A stretch of 64,000 bases of DNA from Bacteroidales bacterium (GTDB lineage: Bacteria > Bacteroidota > Bacteroidia > Bacteroidales > JBBRXJ01), in contig JBBRXJ010000001.1 of NCBI GenBank assembly GCA_038248505.1, positions 81,773-145,772 on the forward strand, written 5' to 3'. The notes below the pieces were generated by a model. That model saw only the letters and a program-made list of their open reading frames with translations, searched no databases and had not been told where the DNA came from. How positions within the stretch are numbered: position 1 is the stretch's first letter; each line of letters opens with the position of its first letter. Of the stretch, positions 59,101 to 64,000 are shown in pieces. A program made the translations under genes and the position numbers.

Positions 59101-59700
59101 ATGGATGCTTTTGGTAGTGGTTTAGTACTTGGTTTAATGCTGAGTGGTTTAATTGGTAGTACTTTTTTTGCACTTCTCTCAACAAGTATTAGTAGAGGCT
59201 TTAGACCAGCATTGGCTATGAATTTGGGCGTCTTTCTTAGTGATGCATGCGTGGTCATTTTATCTTATTTTTTTGCTGACTTTATTGTTAGCATTACTGA
59301 TAATCAATATTTCAGATTGTTTGGTGCTCTTTTATTTATTTTATTTGGCGCGGTAAATATTTTTAAATTTACTAGAAATGAAGAGTTAAGACCAATAAAG
59401 GAACAACGCTATATTCAGTTGTTTTTGAATGGGTTTTTGATAAATATTTTTAACCCCTCCGTAATTATTTTATGGATAGGTGCCATTTTAAATGCAGTTG
59501 CCTATCATAAATTTAATGGCACTCAAGTATTTTTCTATTTTACGGCTACCTTGTTAGTAGTACTTTGTACTGATATAATGAAAATATACAGTGCGCATCG
59601 TTTAAATCGTTTTCTTAAAACTTCTATAATACGAATAATCAATATTGTTTTTGGCCTTGCTCTTATTGGCCTTGGTATTTTTATGTTAGTTGACTTATAA
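59101..59700 (+). CDS. LysE/RhtB family amino-acid exporter
   Basis: 199 aa, about 6 TM segments. N-terminal G..LG..L....G and internal NPSVIILW motif. Starts 7 nt after the GH3 stop. Confidence 0.8.
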   Translation: MDAFGSGLVLGLMLSGLIGSTFFALLSTSISRGFRPALAMNLGVFLSDACVVILSYFFADFIVSITDNQYFRLFGALLFILFGAVNIFKFTRNEELRPIKEQRYIQLFLNGFLINIFNPSVIILWIGAILNAVAYHKFNGTQVFFYFTATLLVVLCTDIMKIYSAHRLNRFLKTSIIRIINIVFGLALIGLGIFMLVDL

Positions 59701-59874
59701 ATAATAAAACATTTTGTTTTCTTATTTATAAGTCACTAGCATTGATCACCCCAAATTATACTCCAGATGCTATTTAACAGGTTTTTCCTTTGGTTATTTA
59801 AATATCACCTCGAGGGGCAAAAGTAAATTTTTATACTTTGATTTTTTTGGTGTATAATTAGGTGTAATCAATTT

Positions 59875-61902
59875 TTATTCTTTTTTTAATAACGAACTGC
59901 TTACGTTAACACCAACTTTAAACCATCGCCCTGGTTGAATTATATTTCCGATATCAATATATTGTTTATCGAGAAGATTACTAGCTTCTATAAAGATGCT
60001 AGAGTTTCTTTTTTTCCAATATAAACGAGTGTCAAGTAATAAAACTTCAGGATAGATACTTTCCATTTCGGTTTTGGTAATAGCATCGTATTTACTGTAA
60101 GTTCCACTTCGTTTTTGCCAAGATATACTGCTTGAAATGCCTATATTTTTATAAATATGCTCATCAATATTTAAGGAGAAGTTTTGTTGAAGATAGTCCA
60201 TTGCATAGTAGGAGAAATAATTTGACGCTTCTTTTTGAGCATTTAAAAAAGCATAATTTACTTTTAAAAATGGAAGCATTTTATATTTTGGTTTCCATAA
60301 AAAGCTGGACTCTATTCCATCGGTAATCAGTTCGCTAATATTTTCAGTTCGCCATTTTTCTGTTGTGCTATTTCGCATCCAGTCAATAATGTCTTTACCA
60401 TATCGACGAAACGCAGAGAATGTTGCATTGAAATATTTTGTTTCATATTTAATGCCACTTTCAATAATTTGCGCTTCTTCAGGTTTTAGGAGCGGGTTAC
60501 CGATATTATTTCGTCCTTGATAATATAAATCTGTAAAAGTGGGCATCCGGAAAGTATGCTGGTAGGATCCGTAAATTCGAGTTTTTTTTGATGCATTGTA
60601 GCCTAATTCAATGGCTGGATAGAGTTTGATCTTTTCTATATCGCTATTGCCATGAAGCGAAAGTCCTGCACTGATATCCGCCTTACCATGTGTATGCTTA
60701 ATATCGGCGCTAACATTTCCATTAATTCTACTGTGATATTTATGGTAGCTACTATCACTTTTTGCAATTTCAATTCGGCGACTTATTTCCTCTCCTAGGT
60801 TATTGCTTAAGATATCTTCATGACGTACATCACTTGCAAGGCTAATTTCGCCATACTTACAATTAATCGTATTGATGATATTGAGTCCGGCTACATTGGT
60901 TAAATGATAATTTTGATACATACCAGGAGTGTTTCGATCAAGAACATAATGATCATTGTGTGATTTCCAATAGAGTGCTGGTGAAAATTTTATTTTTTTC
61001 CCCGTATTTAATCGAACAGCTGCCATTAATCCTTCATTTTCTTCATATTGATTTGGAAATTTTGGAGTGTAGAAACTATTAGCGCCAAAATCTTTTTTGT
61101 GCATTCCTAGTTGCCAAGAGAGTTTATATTTGTTGTTGCTATTATATCCCTGGTAAAAAGCATTGAGTATTTTGAAATCAGTATTTTTGGTATATCCATC
61201 AGATAAGGAATTGCTTACGTTAAATATATGACCATTTTTTAGATTTCCTAAATTAAGTGTTACGGATTCTTTATTATACCCCCAATCGCCTGCTGATGCA
61301 TTAAGATTAATTGTATTATATGGCGAGTTTTGTGTAACGATATTAATTGTGCCTGTAAAGCCAGGTAAACCATAGCGTTTAGCTTGTGTTGGCCGAATAA
61401 TTTCAATTCGTTCTATTACTGAAATATCAACTGTAATATTAAGATTAAAATGACCTGTTTGAGGATCGCTGATGTTTATTCCGTTGAGAAGGATGGTGGT
61501 TTGATCAAATGTTCCGCCTCTAAGGCTCAGGTCGGATTGTACCGCATCGATGCCGCGGCGGCGTAAATCAATGTTGAGAGCGTGATCGAGAAGCTCATTT
61601 AAATTTTGCGCAGGCGAAGAGTTAATTTCTTGGCGACTAATAACTGAAATTGTATTACTTGTATTGCTTGTTTCGCTTAATGGATTTTCAGCTGTAACAA
61701 CAATTTCTTCCAACTCTTCTTTTAATGCATACGATGTAGTGTCGTCTTGTGCAATGGCTGCCATTGGTGTGGATACAATAGAATAAGCCAGTGACAAAGA
61801 GCATATTTGAATTACTTTTTTTAGACTACTAAATGCAGCATACTTTTTGTTGCTCCATTGTCGAAATCGAATGTTACATTTTTTTGTTTTTCTGTTTTTC
61901 AT
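59875..61902 (-). CDS. TonB-dependent receptor (small, BtuB-size)
   Basis: 675 aa. Plug region EEIVVTA...ISVISRQEI...LLDHALNIDLRRRG...DLSLRGGTFDQTTILLNGINISDPQTGH. C-terminal beta-barrel. Confidence 0.9.
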   Translation of the reverse strand: MKNRKTKKCNIRFRQWSNKKYAAFSSLKKVIQICSLSLAYSIVSTPMAAIAQDDTTSYALKEELEEIVVTAENPLSETSNTSNTISVISRQEINSSPAQNLNELLDHALNIDLRRRGIDAVQSDLSLRGGTFDQTTILLNGINISDPQTGHFNLNITVDISVIERIEIIRPTQAKRYGLPGFTGTINIVTQNSPYNTINLNASAGDWGYNKESVTLNLGNLKNGHIFNVSNSLSDGYTKNTDFKILNAFYQGYNSNNKYKLSWQLGMHKKDFGANSFYTPKFPNQYEENEGLMAAVRLNTGKKIKFSPALYWKSHNDHYVLDRNTPGMYQNYHLTNVAGLNIINTINCKYGEISLASDVRHEDILSNNLGEEISRRIEIAKSDSSYHKYHSRINGNVSADIKHTHGKADISAGLSLHGNSDIEKIKLYPAIELGYNASKKTRIYGSYQHTFRMPTFTDLYYQGRNNIGNPLLKPEEAQIIESGIKYETKYFNATFSAFRRYGKDIIDWMRNSTTEKWRTENISELITDGIESSFLWKPKYKMLPFLKVNYAFLNAQKEASNYFSYYAMDYLQQNFSLNIDEHIYKNIGISSSISWQKRSGTYSKYDAITKTEMESIYPEVLLLDTRLYWKKRNSSIFIEASNLLDKQYIDIGNIIQPGRWFKVGVNVSSSLLKKE

Positions 61903-61989
61903 TTGTTGATATATTTATAGATTAGTTAATATAAAACAGATGGAGAAATGAATTAGCTAATAGAAGAAGAATAAAAGGAAGAGTTTAAA

Positions 61990-63270
61990 CTAGATACTTT
62001 TAATTTTTATGGAAGGTCTAATAAACGTACCTATACCAATACTAAAATATAAGGCATTGCCTCCGAGCGAGCTGCTTAGCTTGTAAAACAGGGGATCATT
62101 GTAGCCTGCTTTAAAGCGAAAATATCCGAATGATTTGTTCTCATTGTCTTTGAATAAATCATCGTATTCTGAAGCACCTTTAAAAAAGTGGAATTTATAA
62201 TCATATACTATGCCTGCGGTCGGTGTTGCTTGTGATCCAAAACTGTATATCACTGCTTTTTCATCATCAGTATTGTCATCAAGCCCAACCGCGGTATTAT
62301 TTTGGTTTTTATCGGTTGAGAAACTTGTGTTGGCAATACCTATAAAAGGCGTAAGTCTGTTTGTATGATTGTTAATGATGTTATACCCTAAACAAAAATG
62401 AGCTACGGTATTACTTACTAAAAAATCGCGCCCCCAGTTTTCATCATCAAGAATAAACGAAGCTTTTGTTTTTACGGTCATTCCTGCAAAATTCATTAAT
62501 AGCATTACTCTGGAGTACGAAATATCAACACTAGCTCCAATTGAAACGCCTCCTGAAAATATTTTTCCTAAATCGCCATTGAAACCCATATAGCCTGCAT
62601 TAAAACCTCCGCCATATCCAAATTTTGATAATTTGAAATGGGGAGCAATCCATTCATTAATATTATTTTTATATGATGATTCAGGATAACGTTCTAAATA
62701 ATTGTTTGCATGAGCATAAATAGTGTCTTTATTTGTTTTATTCAACCTATTGTAAGCAATAATGCTTTCAAAATAAATTTTCAAAAAGTCTTTATCTGAT
62801 GCCGAGAGATTTGATTCGTTTATTTTTTTATTTAAAATATAGGATCTCTGATAGGTCTTGGTAAGCATTTCCCACATTATAGAGTCCTTTCCGTAATAGG
62901 TCAATAACTTGTATTTATCTTCTTTAAATAATTTATTTTGTGCTTTTTCATTATGAAAATGCCTACCATCAGGAATTTCTTTTAATAAATTAGAATAGTT
63001 GCCAAGCCAATAATCGCAAATGATTTGCTCACGTGGATAAAGAAATTCTGAAGTGTCAATATCCTTGTCATTTCTAGCTAAAATGTAGACTTTTTGATTT
63101 ATAGTAATTTGATTTACAGAATCTTCCTTTATTATGTTTTTCCAAATTTCTTCGCGAAGGGGTATAAGATATTCAAGCCCTTCATCATACGTTTTAGATA
63201 TTCGCGATTCTTGCGAATGTGTGGGTAAAATGCTAATAAGCAGTAAAATGGTAAGTATAAATTTTATCAT
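61990..63270 (-). CDS. hypothetical secreted protein: helical N-terminal half + Gly/aromatic beta-barrel-like C-terminal half
   Basis: 426 aa with signal peptide (LLLISILPTHSQ). The C-terminal ~220 aa show an alternating beta pattern (GYGGGFNAGYMGF...YFSIGIGTF). Lies 87 nt upstream of the TBDR gene on the same strand. Confidence 0.5.
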   Translation of the reverse strand: MIKFILTILLLISILPTHSQESRISKTYDEGLEYLIPLREEIWKNIIKEDSVNQITINQKVYILARNDKDIDTSEFLYPREQIICDYWLGNYSNLLKEIPDGRHFHNEKAQNKLFKEDKYKLLTYYGKDSIMWEMLTKTYQRSYILNKKINESNLSASDKDFLKIYFESIIAYNRLNKTNKDTIYAHANNYLERYPESSYKNNINEWIAPHFKLSKFGYGGGFNAGYMGFNGDLGKIFSGGVSIGASVDISYSRVMLLMNFAGMTVKTKASFILDDENWGRDFLVSNTVAHFCLGYNIINNHTNRLTPFIGIANTSFSTDKNQNNTAVGLDDNTDDEKAVIYSFGSQATPTAGIVYDYKFHFFKGASEYDDLFKDNENKSFGYFRFKAGYNDPLFYKLSSSLGGNALYFSIGIGTFIRPSIKIKSI

Positions 63271-63370
63271 AGTTTAAAAATAGTAATTATTTCTAATCAA
63301 ACGAATTATAAGAATAAATATTTTTCTTTAACAACAAATTTATTGTAAATTGTGATCATAAAAAGGATGA

Positions 63371-64000
63371 TATGCGTAGAAAATTGTTTGGTATAGGTGA
63401 AACGGTACTAGATCTTATTTTTAAGGACAATCAGCCAGTCGCGGCTAAAGCCGGAGGATCGGTTCAAAATTGCATGGTTTCGCTTGGCAGATGCGGCTTA
63501 GAGGCTTATTTTATAAGTGAAATTGGGAAGGATCAAATAGGCGATTTTATTATTGATATTTGGAAAAATAACGGCATATATACGGATTTCGTTCAGCGTT
63601 ATGATGAGGGTAAAACGGCTCTTGCACTCGCATTTTTAAATTCGCAAAATGATGCCTCGTATAGTTTTTATAAAGCCTATCCCTCAAAGCGTTTTACGGG
63701 TTCCATCCCCGAAATCTCATCTAGTGACATCTTGTTTTTTGGCTCATTTTACGGTGTAATGCCCGAAATACGAAGCTTTGTGGTAGATATTGTTACAAAG
63801 GCGAGGAATGCTGGCGCTCTTGTTGTGTATGACCCTAATTATAGGCGATCTCATCTACATGAGTTGGATGTACTTAGACCGATGATTATTGAGAATATGC
63901 AGATGGCTGATATCGTTAGAGGTTCAAACGAAGATTTTGAATTGATTTTCGGCACTTCAGATTTTGAAGAAACCTACAAAGTGATTTCTCAGTATTGCGA
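63371..64000 (+). CDS. PfkB family carbohydrate kinase (fructokinase-like), 3' end outside window
   Basis: Hand translation from ATG 63371: MRRKLFGIGETVLDLIF...AKAGGSVQNCMVSLGRCG...VYDPNYR. Open to the window edge. Not in the ORF track. Confidence 0.8.

Noticed and set aside
61903-63370. Possible cobalamin riboswitch associated with the BtuB-size TonB-dependent receptor
   Set aside because: The 87-nt spacer and the 100-nt region upstream of the first gene contain no B12-box-like sequence and no extended pairing.

Overview
The window looks like a chromosomal segment of an AT-rich Bacteroidota-type genome. Supporting signs are T9SS type A and type B C-terminal sorting domains, TAnnTTTG -7 promoter boxes, and the hpt-adk-obg and DUF4271/hemD-like/rnpA/yidD arrangements. 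I support about 55 protein genes, one tRNA-Ala(GGC), one unlisted 56-aa ferredoxin, and several hairpin terminators. I found no rRNA, CRISPR array, transposase, integrase or recognisable defence gene. Housekeeping blocks: lplA, PAP2, obg, adk, hpt, purE; rnpA-yidD; ispD; ahcY-metK plus an adenosine-kinase-like PfkB gene; amt; an argB-argD-argC-argJ operon. The accessory content is mostly glycan catabolism. It includes a very tightly packed six-gene operon (21676-32139): Tat-signal clan GH-A-like hydrolase, GH2 beta-mannosidase, DUF898 membrane protein, M48 metalloprotease, GH92 alpha-mannosidase, GH42-like hydrolase. A second looser cluster (11767-19262) has an esterase-like lipoprotein, a GH42-like hydrolase, an SGNH esterase, a ROK glucokinase and an MFS transporter. 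No SusC/SusD pair or dedicated regulator is visible near either cluster. The best candidate for something undescribed is the DUF898 + M48 membrane pair, joined to the mannosidase operon by near-zero or overlapping gene junctions. Other items worth a second look: a decayed locus with an orphan T9SS type-B sorting-domain fragment followed by 914 bp without ORFs; a single-base frameshift in a DUF2723 membrane protein gene; GC-rich hairpin elements abutting the stop codons of three minus-strand genes; a divergent pair of an HTH-like membrane-anchored protein and a T9SS cargo; and a GH3 (acyl-adenylate) plus LysE exporter pair. All functional calls rest on motifs read by eye and remembered family signatures. 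No database search was run.
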